Part shown: in pieces, positions 43,837 to 53,380 of the stretch
How the letters are laid out: each line of letters begins with the position of its first letter
How positions within the stretch are numbered: position 1 is the stretch's first letter
From: an uncultured Bacteroidota bacterium
Lineage (GTDB): Bacteria > Bacteroidota > Ignavibacteria > Ignavibacteriales > Ignavibacteriaceae
NCBI GenBank assembly: GCA_963782475.1
Contig: CAWAJW010000018.1
Location: forward strand, 10,697-74,696
DNA: 64,000 nucleotides
Direction of reading: 5' to 3'
Notes under the pieces: model-generated
Database searches by the model: none
Told to the model about the DNA's origin: nothing
What the model saw: the letters and a program-made list of their open reading frames with translations, nothing else
Program-made: the position numbers and the translations under genes

Positions 43837-43864
43837 GTAGAGACGTTTGGCAAAACGTCTCTAC
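43837..43864. terminator. hairpin between convergent SDR and DUF2892 genes
   Basis: Perfect 12-bp stem, gtagagacgttt / aaacgtctctac, with loop ggca. There is no strong T-tract on either side. Confidence 0.5.
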
Positions 43865-43872
43865 AGAAATAA

Positions 43873-44085
43873 TTAAGCTTGTGCAGTCTTTTTATTTGTA
43901 CTTATTTTTAAGGCAAACCATATCGGGCAAAAGTTCATAAGAGCAGTTATTAAAAAAACTACTCCGAATATACCTAATAGAATTGCCAGCCAGCCGGAAA
44001 CGACATTAGTTAAAATTAAAACCGCAAACAAGACAGCTAATAAAATCCTAATTACCTTATCAGCTGAACCTATGTTTTTTTTCAT
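43873..44085 (-). CDS. DUF2892 (YgaP-like) small membrane protein
   Basis: 70 aa. IGSADKVIRILLAV, two TM helices and NFCPIW are characteristic of DUF2892. Confidence 0.7.
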   Translation of the reverse strand: MKKNIGSADKVIRILLAVLFAVLILTNVVSGWLAILLGIFGVVFLITALMNFCPIWFALKISTNKKTAQA

Positions 44086-44212
44086 ATTAAAAATCCTTTC
44101 TGAAAAACTGTCAATTGGATTAAAGCCACTTAAAAAGGATTCAGAATAATTTCAAATATTATTATAAACTTAAAATTCCGAAGATTTCGATAAAGCTTCA
44201 TTGTGAATCACG

Positions 44213-47041
44213 TTATTTTAGCAGAATTATTTTTTTCGTGTTCTTATAACTTCCTTTGTCGTAACCCGCTTCAATAGTATAGAAATAAACTCCGCTGCTA
44301 AGGTTAGATGCGTTAAGAATAATTTCATGCAAACCGGCATTTTGTCTGCCCGTGAAAAGATCTTTAACTTTTCTACCAAGAATATCATACAAAATTAATT
44401 TTACATGGCTTTCTTCGGCTAAAGAATACTTTATTGTTGTTGTTGGATTAAAGGGATTTGGATAATTTTGAAATAAATTAAATGCCAATGGAACGTTTTG
44501 ATGTGATTCTACACCTGTTACAAGTTTAGAACCTGTCGGGAAAAATATATTATCCAGCCATACACCCTGAGAAGTACCTGCCGGTCTGTAATTTTCGTAT
44601 AACCACGTTAAAACATGCTTTCCGGCGGGCAAAAAGCTCTTTACAAAAAACCAATCGTGGTAATCTGTAAAATATCCGGAAAAAGTGCTGTCAATTAGAA
44701 ATTGAAGAGCGCCATATGATGTATTTGTCTTAACAGCAAAAACCAGGATACTGTCATAAGGTAAATCGATAGTTATTTCCAATGTGGATGTTTGATATGC
44801 TCCAATATTCCCGCTTTGCAGTGAAAAGCTTCCTGTTTGTGCTGTCTTATTCGTTATGGTCCATGGAGCGTCACCATAAGTTTTCCATGTAAATAAATCA
44901 TTCAGATTATTATGTTCAAATGTTTCAGCAAATTTATCTGCCACTACTGCATAGGAAGTTGTTGAAGAAATAAAGTTCCTTTCTGAACCTTCAGAATCTT
45001 TAACGGTAATATTTAGATTTAAAGAATAAATACCTCTATGCGATGGTGTTAAGCCTGCTGTTGGACCATTCGTAGTAAGCTGATTCGAATTCGATGAATC
45101 AAGCAGCCAGGTAAAATCTGTATTAAATTTTCCGGCCAAAGGGGCGTAGACCTTTCCTGTAAAATCGGTATTTTCATTTAATTTTGCATCTGTAAATTTT
45201 GGTTCAATATCGGCAGCAAATAGCTGATCGGGAATATAGTTAGATGAAATACTATCATTGGAATTATAAATCATCTTAGGAAAATCAAAAGTCTGGTCAG
45301 CATCAATTCCGGCATTTGCCAGCAGCGAGTCACCTAATGAATCGGTCGGCAATGTATTATCCGTAATTCTCCATATTGCTTCCTGGGCAAAATAATCATC
45401 AAAGAAATTGCAATAGTAACCAAGTGAGTCAATGTATTGAACGAGTTTGAGTAAAGGAATTGCTGCTTTTATGCCGTTCCATGTTTCGAGCGGCGGCGCG
45501 GCAATAAACGGGGCAAAAAAATCAGGTGCCAGCCTGTAATGATCGATGCAGGCGGCATAAATTCCATTTAATGTTTTAGTTTCCCCTGGTTTTACAAATA
45601 AATTGCCTGACTTGATAACAACCAGGTTCTGCTTTTCATTATCCTTATTAAGAAATACATCTCCCGGGTTGATATCTATAATTAATCCAGCCTGGCCGGC
45701 GATCTTATCAATGTCAGATTGAAGAAGCGGTTTGGAAACGTCTCCCATTAAATCGTTTAGATGCCCATCAACAGCAATTGAAAGTAAAGATGAAGAATTA
45801 ACTATTTGTTTGTCTTTATTTATATCATCTGCAGGATGTCTTGAATGAAATAAATTTACAAAATCATCATTATTTAATGTTGTTCCGTCCTTTGAATTTT
45901 TCCAGCTTCCGTCAGGTTGTTTATTCCAGTCATTATATTGATCCGGCAGGCCCAATAGATGCCCTACTTCGTGTCCAAATACGCCCGGCCGGCTGTCCGA
46001 AGGGAACCATTTACCTCCGGTTGCAGCATCAGTATTCGGAGAGCCTATACCCGAGCAGTATGATCTTCCATCACCGCACGGAAGTTCAATATTATCAAAA
46101 CCGGGTGTTCCCGGCGGTGAAGTTGCTCCAGGATGTGAAATAACCCCGACATCCATCTCTATTTTTTTCCCGGTGCTTGTTGTCGCTCCGTTCCAAGTGT
46201 TATAAATATCTTTAACTATTTTTAATTCATTTGCATCATTATCGCAGGCACCGTAAAATTCCAGGTTCAATTTAATATGGATTGTTTTATCGGGAGGTGA
46301 AAATCCATCAAAATAATTCCCTGTAATTGAAACATCATCACCGAAAAAAAGTCCCTTAGAACTTAAGGAACCTGTGCCGTTTGCTAAAGCTTCGCCAATA
46401 GTTTCTTCATAGCCTATTTCAACAGGAGGATGCGGAATTGGTACTATATCATCGGCGGGATAAGCAGGTTTATATTTTGTTAGTAATTTTACAAGGTTTG
46501 CCCTGGAGAAATTCTTTTTATCTACAGAAAAAGAGGAGCCGAAGGCAGTATTGCATGGATCCATGGGAATGATATTGATTTTCTCCGACGGAGTGTAATC
46601 CAGATTATAACCGGAAGGAACATTAGAATTTATTGATTTAATTATATTTTGTATTTCCTGCTGAAGAGTATTTTTAACAAAAACCTGTTTAGTATTTCCA
46701 TCTGCTGTTATTGTTATTACTGCAACAGATCCGTCAAGTATTGAATCATCCTGAAAACTGCTGCTTAATGAAAAGAAATTATTATTTTGAATAGCCAGCC
46801 AGATCTGTTCTACTTTTGGAGTGCCGATACTGAATGTTGTATCAGTTAAGATTTCAGGAACAGCCTGATTTATTCTCGCAAATTTAACCGTTCCATCTGC
46901 AAGAATTATTATGGATTCAGTAACTGACCATGGTCCTGCACCACCTGTTGCACCAACAAGTTTAAAATCAGAGGGAGGGTTTTGTGAATAAATAAATTCA
47001 CAAAGAAATAAAAATAAAGCAATAAGTTTGTAAACTTTCAT
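44213..47041 (-). CDS. secreted zinc metalloprotease-like protein (HExxHxxGxxD) with jelly-roll domain and T9SS C-terminal sorting domain
   Basis: Signal peptide MKVYKLIALFLFLCEFIYSQ (ATG at 47041, preceded by aggga). FGHEVGHLLGLPDQY is encoded at ~45941-45973. The C-terminus NYPNPFNPTTTIKYSL...GVYFYTIEAG...KKIILLK is a Por/T9SS CTD. Confidence 0.75.
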   Translation of the reverse strand: MKVYKLIALFLFLCEFIYSQNPPSDFKLVGATGGAGPWSVTESIIILADGTVKFARINQAVPEILTDTTFSIGTPKVEQIWLAIQNNNFFSLSSSFQDDSILDGSVAVITITADGNTKQVFVKNTLQQEIQNIIKSINSNVPSGYNLDYTPSEKINIIPMDPCNTAFGSSFSVDKKNFSRANLVKLLTKYKPAYPADDIVPIPHPPVEIGYEETIGEALANGTGSLSSKGLFFGDDVSITGNYFDGFSPPDKTIHIKLNLEFYGACDNDANELKIVKDIYNTWNGATTSTGKKIEMDVGVISHPGATSPPGTPGFDNIELPCGDGRSYCSGIGSPNTDAATGGKWFPSDSRPGVFGHEVGHLLGLPDQYNDWNKQPDGSWKNSKDGTTLNNDDFVNLFHSRHPADDINKDKQIVNSSSLLSIAVDGHLNDLMGDVSKPLLQSDIDKIAGQAGLIIDINPGDVFLNKDNEKQNLVVIKSGNLFVKPGETKTLNGIYAACIDHYRLAPDFFAPFIAAPPLETWNGIKAAIPLLKLVQYIDSLGYYCNFFDDYFAQEAIWRITDNTLPTDSLGDSLLANAGIDADQTFDFPKMIYNSNDSISSNYIPDQLFAADIEPKFTDAKLNENTDFTGKVYAPLAGKFNTDFTWLLDSSNSNQLTTNGPTAGLTPSHRGIYSLNLNITVKDSEGSERNFISSTTSYAVVADKFAETFEHNNLNDLFTWKTYGDAPWTITNKTAQTGSFSLQSGNIGAYQTSTLEITIDLPYDSILVFAVKTNTSYGALQFLIDSTFSGYFTDYHDWFFVKSFLPAGKHVLTWLYENYRPAGTSQGVWLDNIFFPTGSKLVTGVESHQNVPLAFNLFQNYPNPFNPTTTIKYSLAEESHVKLILYDILGRKVKDLFTGRQNAGLHEIILNASNLSSGVYFYTIEAGYDKGSYKNTKKIILLK

Positions 47042-47203
47042 TATTGCTCCCTTTCTTGAGTACACAGCATTAATGATAAAGAAATATTTTTTTTCATGTA
47101 GATTCTCTTGAACTTTTTATAATTACATAAAATGGAATCTTAATTAAGCCTCTTTCTATCCCGAATAATCCGGAAGTCTTCCCAACATTACTAAATTATT
47201 GAA

Positions 47204-47253
47204 CCGGAGGATTTCATGTTGTTTTTTATCAGCATTTATTCGAAATCCTCCGG
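47204..47253 (-). terminator. long perfect hairpin between the 348-aa gene and the protease gene
   Basis: Perfect 12-bp arms, ccggaggatttc (47204-47215) / gaaatcctccgg (47242-47253), with a 26-nt loop. It lies 25 nt downstream of the 47278 stop on the minus strand. Confidence 0.45.
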
Positions 47254-47277
47254 AGAATGAGATCCCGTTAGAAAATA

Positions 47278-48324
47278 TTAAGGTATGTAGACATGCTTTT
47301 CAATTACATTAATTTCGGAAACCCTGCAGCTGAGATCAGACCAGACTCGGAATGTTCCATCATTTATAAGAGGCAGCGGCTTCCCCCTTCCATCTTTAAG
47401 ACCAGAAGAGACGCTGACCCTGGCTACTATTCCGAATAGATAAGTTTTGAATTTTTCAACAACAAACTCTGCGGCTAATTCTCCATTTTTAAAAGAATGT
47501 TGATATGTCATCGGTGCATATTCTCCTAATCCGCTATTAGGACCAAAATTATGAACAGGAGATATCTTGTTATCTAAATAATCCCAGCCTGTGGGTCCGG
47601 GAATCATTTCCCACGCGGCAATAATTATGCTGGAACTTGCCGATGTAGAACCTGACGGTGATAAAACAGGAGGAACAGGAATTTTTGAATCATTAATTAG
47701 TACATACCAGCGATCGGTTCCGGCGCAATCAATTACCGGCTGAACACTAACTACACCATAGGTATGAACCGGATTGTAAATAATTCCTACTACTGCATCG
47801 GTATAAGTATAGTTTTGATTGGTCATTATTTGAGCAAAACTATAAAGAGATCCGGTTTCTTTGGATGAAACAGCAAATCCGGATGAAGATTTCCAGGCCA
47901 GTGCAAATAGATGATCTGCGGGAGGAGGAAGAAACCAATAATTTTTCCAATCGGCACCACTCGGGATATATAAAGAATCCGGCCAGGCAAGACGGAACTT
48001 ATTTTTCAAATTAATTGAAAATGTTCCTTTTAACAGCTTATCATGTGATAGTAATTTTTTCTGAAAGGATTCTTCGGTAAAAATTTTTCCTTTTGCAGCA
48101 AGCCGGTCTATTTCCATTGCAGAATTATATACTTCCTCATTAAAATCTCCGTGTAAATCTTGAGGTACTAATTCTTCATTTATTTTTTGAGGAGGAAAGT
48201 TTTTAACCGGGATTGTAAAATTTGTACCGGCAATTAAATCCGGATCAATTTTCGGCCTTTCTTTCATGGAATTTTTTTGTCTGGTTGATTTTTCAATAAT
48301 CATCTCATCATAGATCTTTTTCAT
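47278..48324 (-). CDS. hypothetical protein (no recognisable domain, no signal peptide)
   Basis: 348-aa ORF starting 48 nt downstream of the tail-fibre-like gene on the same strand. The ORF is uninterrupted and has no competing ORF on the opposite strand. I do not recognise any family. Confidence 0.55.
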   Translation of the reverse strand: MKKIYDEMIIEKSTRQKNSMKERPKIDPDLIAGTNFTIPVKNFPPQKINEELVPQDLHGDFNEEVYNSAMEIDRLAAKGKIFTEESFQKKLLSHDKLLKGTFSINLKNKFRLAWPDSLYIPSGADWKNYWFLPPPADHLFALAWKSSSGFAVSSKETGSLYSFAQIMTNQNYTYTDAVVGIIYNPVHTYGVVSVQPVIDCAGTDRWYVLINDSKIPVPPVLSPSGSTSASSSIIIAAWEMIPGPTGWDYLDNKISPVHNFGPNSGLGEYAPMTYQHSFKNGELAAEFVVEKFKTYLFGIVARVSVSSGLKDGRGKPLPLINDGTFRVWSDLSCRVSEINVIEKHVYIP

Positions 48325-48372
48325 AATGAACCTCCATTGTTATATTGTTAAAGTAAATAGTAGATATAAGTA

Positions 48373-50301
48373 TCAATTGTCATTCTCATTCTTTTTAGAT
48401 ACGGATGCTGCCGGAGGTTTTACATAATTAATACCTTTTTCTTTTGGCTGCCCGTACAATTCAGGTATCAAATATTTTCCGCGATCTTGGGGTGCTTTTT
48501 CTTTTTCAACAACCATTGGATTAGCCTTAGCATAAGCATCATTTCTAATTCCTGTTACCTGCCATGAAACTTCTACGTTTGGTTTGTCTGTTTTTATCGT
48601 GAATTGATTATTTTGAATCTTACTTTCTATAATTGCTTCAGCAAATTGTCCAATTACTGTTAGTTGATAACGATAATCAATATTTAAGGCTTGGAAATAT
48701 GAAGGTAAGGTTACCACAGCAGTGCCATTCGCATCTGTAACTTCATTGCCATTGTAAATGTTCATTCTGTCAGGACTTTCAATACAAGAATGAACAAGAT
48801 ATTTGTTTGCCGGATCTAATGGATGATCTATACAAAAATCTTTACTGCCGCTTACGTGCAGATTATGCAAATAAGTCTCTCCGTTAACGGAAAGGTTATA
48901 AGATAAATTTAAATCCGACGCCACTATTGGAGAGTTTGTATATAATCCATATGATCCTGATGCAAGGCCGCAAATAATGTTGGAGGAGTTTCCTTTATTT
49001 TCTGCAAAGACACCATAATTATCAGAATTATATGTGCGACCAAAAACGCCGTATGAACTACCGCTCTCTCCAAAAACTCCTATCCAGCTGTTGCTTGTCC
49101 CATACATTCCGTAATCACTATTGCTTGATCCATGGATACCAATATTAGAACCGCCGTTTACATCAAGCTGACTCGCTGGAGATAAGACACCAACGCCAAT
49201 TGTTCCATTAAAATAAGATGGCCCTTCAGTATACATTGCATAGCTGCCAGGCGAACCATTACTAACCACATGTAATCCAATTCCTCCTCCTCCATTTATA
49301 TTTAACTTTACACCTGCATTTCCAGGATCAGGTTCAGCGCCAATACCGACAGTACTTAATGCAGCTGGGCCGTTTGCAAATATTGAATAATTTCCGGAAG
49401 CAAGACCACAATAGTTTTTATTGCCTTGTCCATTCCCTGCAAGTAGCGCGTAAGTTCCTGTGGCGTATGTCCGTGCATAAACTCCGTTAGATCCTGCACT
49501 CTCTCCGAATAAGCCGTAACTATTATTGCTTGTACCATAAATTCCGTAATTGTCATTGCTTGATCCATGAATTCCTATATCAGCATTGCTGCTGCCTCCA
49601 CCGCTTACATCCAACGAGCTCGAAGGCGAATTCACTCCAATGCCCACTTTGCTATTTATAATGAACGGGGAGTGAAGATTGATTGTTGTTGTTGGCCCCG
49701 TAGGATTAGAAATGCTTAAAGAATTATCAATATTTTGGATTGCACTTATTCCAGCACCTCCGTTTCCTCCGCCTGAAGCAGTAATGATAATTGAATCTCC
49801 TTTTGTTGTAACTGCCGCTCCGCCCGCGCCTTTTAAAGTTACATTATCTTTCAATCCATTTATGCTTCTAACTAATAGACCATTATCTATTTTAATTTTT
49901 TTTGCATATCCAGCGGTATCGGAATTTATGGAAGAAATGCTGTAACCAACTGATGTGAGAGCTATTCTTGGTGAAAGTTCAGCTTCAGATTCAATTTGAA
50001 TGCTTAACCAGTAAGGTTTATCAAATTTAATATCATTACCAAAAGGATTTTGGTCCCCAAGGTTTGTACTAAATAATCCTTTAATGATTTTTAATTTTTT
50101 AGATTCGCTCCAGAAAGGAGTGCCGTCTGAATTTGAATCGTACAACCGGAAGGTAAAATTGTATTCCCCGTCCGGTTTAACATTTCCAGCAGTATCAGTT
50201 AATATTCCCTGATAAGAAATTGTTCTTGGTATTTGGGAATATGACAATTGAGAAATCAAAATAGTAAAAAGTAAAGTTATTGAAACAAAAAAATCTCTCA
50301 T
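48373..50301 (-). CDS. secreted tail-fibre-like beta-solenoid repeat protein with conserved C-terminal domain
   Basis: Signal peptide present. VGIGVNSPSSSLDVSG and IGVGVLSPASQLDVNG motifs are each followed by ~10-aa G-x-[YF]-G repeats (GIHGSS, GIYGTS, GLFGES, GVYART). The C-terminal KDFCIDHPLDPANKYLVHSCIESP...YRYQLTVIGQFAEAII...VSWQVTGIR block recalls uncharacterised Bacteroidota surface proteins. Confidence 0.6.
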   Translation of the reverse strand: MRDFFVSITLLFTILISQLSYSQIPRTISYQGILTDTAGNVKPDGEYNFTFRLYDSNSDGTPFWSESKKLKIIKGLFSTNLGDQNPFGNDIKFDKPYWLSIQIESEAELSPRIALTSVGYSISSINSDTAGYAKKIKIDNGLLVRSINGLKDNVTLKGAGGAAVTTKGDSIIITASGGGNGGAGISAIQNIDNSLSISNPTGPTTTINLHSPFIINSKVGIGVNSPSSSLDVSGGGSSNADIGIHGSSNDNYGIYGTSNNSYGLFGESAGSNGVYARTYATGTYALLAGNGQGNKNYCGLASGNYSIFANGPAALSTVGIGAEPDPGNAGVKLNINGGGGIGLHVVSNGSPGSYAMYTEGPSYFNGTIGVGVLSPASQLDVNGGSNIGIHGSSNSDYGMYGTSNSWIGVFGESGSSYGVFGRTYNSDNYGVFAENKGNSSNIICGLASGSYGLYTNSPIVASDLNLSYNLSVNGETYLHNLHVSGSKDFCIDHPLDPANKYLVHSCIESPDRMNIYNGNEVTDANGTAVVTLPSYFQALNIDYRYQLTVIGQFAEAIIESKIQNNQFTIKTDKPNVEVSWQVTGIRNDAYAKANPMVVEKEKAPQDRGKYLIPELYGQPKEKGINYVKPPAASVSKKNENDN

Positions 50302-50343
50302 TTTATCCTCTGTTTACTTATGGTTTTATATTAAAGAGATTAT

Positions 50344-51696
50344 TCACTTAAGCAGGATCATTTTTTTAATACTGGTGAATTTATTCTTGTCTATTCCTCC
50401 GGCTATCAGACTATAGAAATATATTCCGCTTGTGACTTTTGAATTAAATTCATTATCACCATTCCATTTAACAGTGAAACTGCCGGCTGTACAGATACCG
50501 TCTATAAGTGTTTTAATCTTTCGACCGGTTAAATCATAAATAATAATTTTTACCGTGCTTTGTTTCGATAATGAAAACTTTATATTAGTCGAAGGATTAA
50601 AGGGGTTTGGAAAATTCTGTTCTAATTTAAAAGAAGAAAACAAAAAATTGTCATTTACAGATTGAAGACTGCATTTCCCTCCATTCATGATATATTCAGG
50701 AGTTACGGAAGTAGAATCTATACTGTAAGGACTGGTAACAACTACTTCTTTTGCCCAGGTATTTTTAAGAGTATTATAATAGCTGTCGGTTGTCATATTC
50801 ATAATATCGCAGGTTGGTTCAACATAATCGTTCCCCGGTCCCCATTCCCACGCTAACCATCCAATTTCATATTTGCTGCATAGGCTGATTATTGTTTTAT
50901 AATCTGCTTCATAATCGCATCCGCCTTCCCTATTAAATTTATATGTAAACTCACCTACAATAAATGGAAGTCCTATATTCACACTTTGCTGAAATTCAGT
51001 TGTAATGTAGGCTTCATCAGCACCGTCCGATATTGCCCAGTAAAGATGAACCGAGAACAAAATGTTGTGCTCAGGATCTGCATTTATAATATAAGAGCCT
51101 GTTGTACGAAGCTGTGCAAGGTTTTTCCCCCAATCGCTGGCATCAATAACTAAAGGACATTTAATGCCGGCATTCCGTATCTTATTTATTGCAGTTTCAT
51201 AACCGGTCTTGAATTGATCATCGGTAACAGTTTCATCGCCGCATTCGTTAGCAATATTGAGCAGAAAATATCTTTCATGTTTCTTCACTACTGCTGCAAT
51301 TTCAGGCGAAGTCCAATAATCAACTTCTTTCTGCAGCCCGTTCCAGTCACCTGTAGCATCATGGAGTTCAACCATAGGGATCATATGATTATTTATACAA
51401 TATTGGATTGTTCTGTCCAACCCTCCGGAACCCGAGTCCTCTTCATTTGGTGTTGGATTTGCCAGCCAAACTATGCGTACACAATTTGCTCCCGTCTTAC
51501 GAATCTCAGAATATGATTCGCGGCGGACGGTTGTATCAGACGTCCAAATAATCATTTTGTTAACACCGCGAACGATTACTTTTTCACCGCAGGGTGTATA
51601 TAAATATCTGCCATCAACATAAAGAGTTTCCTTTTGCTGTGCCTTTATTGATAAGCCCGCAAGTATTATTAAAAATATCATAAATGATTTTTTCAT
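50344..51696 (-). CDS. glycoside hydrolase family 5 (mannanase/cellulase-like) with T9SS C-terminal domain
   Basis: Signal peptide present. Contains GANCVRIVW, the acid/base NIANECG, the nucleophile context FIVGEFT, and GWLAWEWGPGN. The C-terminus FPNPFNPSTNIKFSL...GIYFYSL...KKMILLK is a T9SS CTD. Confidence 0.8.
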   Translation of the reverse strand: MKKSFMIFLIILAGLSIKAQQKETLYVDGRYLYTPCGEKVIVRGVNKMIIWTSDTTVRRESYSEIRKTGANCVRIVWLANPTPNEEDSGSGGLDRTIQYCINNHMIPMVELHDATGDWNGLQKEVDYWTSPEIAAVVKKHERYFLLNIANECGDETVTDDQFKTGYETAINKIRNAGIKCPLVIDASDWGKNLAQLRTTGSYIINADPEHNILFSVHLYWAISDGADEAYITTEFQQSVNIGLPFIVGEFTYKFNREGGCDYEADYKTIISLCSKYEIGWLAWEWGPGNDYVEPTCDIMNMTTDSYYNTLKNTWAKEVVVTSPYSIDSTSVTPEYIMNGGKCSLQSVNDNFLFSSFKLEQNFPNPFNPSTNIKFSLSKQSTVKIIIYDLTGRKIKTLIDGICTAGSFTVKWNGDNEFNSKVTSGIYFYSLIAGGIDKNKFTSIKKMILLK

Positions 51697-51736
51697 AGTT
51701 TGATTGAGATCTATTTATATTAAAAAATCAGTAAAC

Positions 51737-52321
51737 CTATTTAAGCAAGATCATCTTTTTGAAATTTGTATACTTTTTATTGTCCGCACCGGCTGCATAA
51801 AGACTATAGAAATAAATTCCGCTGCTGACATTTAAATTAGATTCGTTTTCTCCGCTCCATCGGATAGTATAAACTCCTGCAGACCGTACATCGTTTATCA
51901 ATGTTTTTACTTTTCTACCAAGAAGATCATAGATCACAATTTTTACAGTGCTCTGTATAGGCAGAGAAAATTTTATATTCGTGGAAGGATTAAACGGATT
52001 AGGATAATTCTGACTTAACTGGTAAGATGTTGGAATTGATGAACCGGATTGTCTCACTGTTCCGGTGACTATACCTGTTGATGCAGGATTTACGAAAAAG
52101 CCGCTGGAAATATGATTTCCTCCGTCAGAACTAGTCCCGGCAATTGGATCACCTATTATGGATCTTATCGAAGTATTTAAAGATGATGAGATACCGTATC
52201 CTGTTGAGAAAACAGACCAGATAATCTGATTGTTTTGTGCAAAAGCAGAAAAACATAACTGCAAAAATGTAAACACCAAATATTTAGCTATTAATAATAT
52301 AATGTTACTATTTTTCATCAT
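51737..52321 (-). CDS. small secreted protein consisting of a ~100-aa region plus T9SS C-terminal domain
   Basis: Hydrophobic N-terminus. The C-terminal YPNPFNPSTNIKFSLPIQSTVKIVIYDLLGRKV...GIYFYSL...KKMILLK is a T9SS CTD. Confidence 0.65.
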   Translation of the reverse strand: MMKNSNIILLIAKYLVFTFLQLCFSAFAQNNQIIWSVFSTGYGISSSLNTSIRSIIGDPIAGTSSDGGNHISSGFFVNPASTGIVTGTVRQSGSSIPTSYQLSQNYPNPFNPSTNIKFSLPIQSTVKIVIYDLLGRKVKTLINDVRSAGVYTIRWSGENESNLNVSSGIYFYSLYAAGADNKKYTNFKKMILLK

Positions 52322-52629
52322 ATTCCTATAATTTTCATTTGCCTAATATTGCCGGTACCGGATTGATCTTTATAAGTTTTTGAAAATGGTTTTTTGCTTA
52401 TATGCCGTTCTCTTCAAAAAGATTATTGATGAATTATTTAAACCGAAAACTATAAAGTGAAAAGAAAAAACTCTGAAAAGGATTCCTCTGTAACTTAATA
52501 TTAGACCTACTTAGGCGGTATAGATAATTGGTACTAATTTAAATGTTCCGGAACAGGCTTATGATTAATCAATTGGAGAAAGTACCCGGGATGTTATGCT
52601 AATGTTTATTAACTGAAAAAGCTTCCCGT

Positions 52630-53274
52630 TTATTTAAAATGCAGGACTCTTTCTCTCAGCGCTTTTGAAATAGCCTGCGATTTTGAATGGACATGAAGCT
52701 TATCATAAATATTTCGAATGTGAGCTCTTATTGTAAAAGTACTGAGGAATAATTTATCAGCAATCATTTTATTATCAAGACCTTGTATCAATAAATCAAG
52801 CACTTCCATTTCCCTTGATGTGAGATTATAATCTTCTTTTTTAGGATGGGCGTACTGTTTGAACATTTCTAGGACACGCCTGGCAATGTTAGGCGACATA
52901 GGTGATGCACCTGCAAATGCCTGTTCAACAATATCTATTATTTGTGCAGGCATAATAGGTTTGGAGATGTAGCCGCAGGCTCCCGCACAAATTGCATTAA
53001 AGACATTCTCATCATCTTTAAATACCGAGAGCATTGCAATTTGAACATTCGGATGTTCCTTTTTTAGTATCGCAGTAGCTTCAATTCCTGAAATTCCCAT
53101 GAGATCAATATCCATCAAAACAACATCGGGTCTTATTTTTTTAAATCGGTCAATTAAATCTTCAGCATTGCTAAATGAGCCTACCACTTCAAAAGCATTA
53201 TTGCTTTTTAAAATATATGAAATTCCCAAACGTGTATCTTCATTATCTTCAACGATTGCTACTGCTATAGGCAT
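52630..53274 (-). CDS. NarL/LuxR-family response regulator
   Basis: Receiver domain (VEDNEDT, VVLMDIDLMG phospho-Asp context) plus a C-terminal LuxR HTH (LTSREMEVLDLLIQGLDNKMIADKLFLSTFTIRAHIRNIYDKLHV). Confidence 0.9.
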   Translation of the reverse strand: MPIAVAIVEDNEDTRLGISYILKSNNAFEVVGSFSNAEDLIDRFKKIRPDVVLMDIDLMGISGIEATAILKKEHPNVQIAMLSVFKDDENVFNAICAGACGYISKPIMPAQIIDIVEQAFAGASPMSPNIARRVLEMFKQYAHPKKEDYNLTSREMEVLDLLIQGLDNKMIADKLFLSTFTIRAHIRNIYDKLHVHSKSQAISKALRERVLHFK

Positions 53275-53380
53275 ATTTCATCCTGCTGGTAATTTAATTA
53301 ATCTGCGATTAGATATTTAATTCTTTTTTGGACAGACAAATATTGATTATTTTATCCATATGGTCAATAGTTCATTTGTT

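Noticed and set aside
48931-49650. Internal repeat in the tail-fibre-like gene as a possible diversity-generating retroelement (template/variable repeat pair).
   Set aside because: The two copies differ at all base types rather than only at adenine-templated positions. Both copies are coding parts of the same gene, and there is no reverse transcriptase gene in the window.
52451-52463. The 13-mer TATAAAGTGAAAA occurs upstream of two minus-strand genes (52451-52463 and 58985-58997), suggesting a shared operator.
   Set aside because: A single repeated A/T-rich 13-mer is expected by chance in 64 kb of ~one-third-GC DNA on both strands. The flanks do not align, and the distances to the start codons differ.
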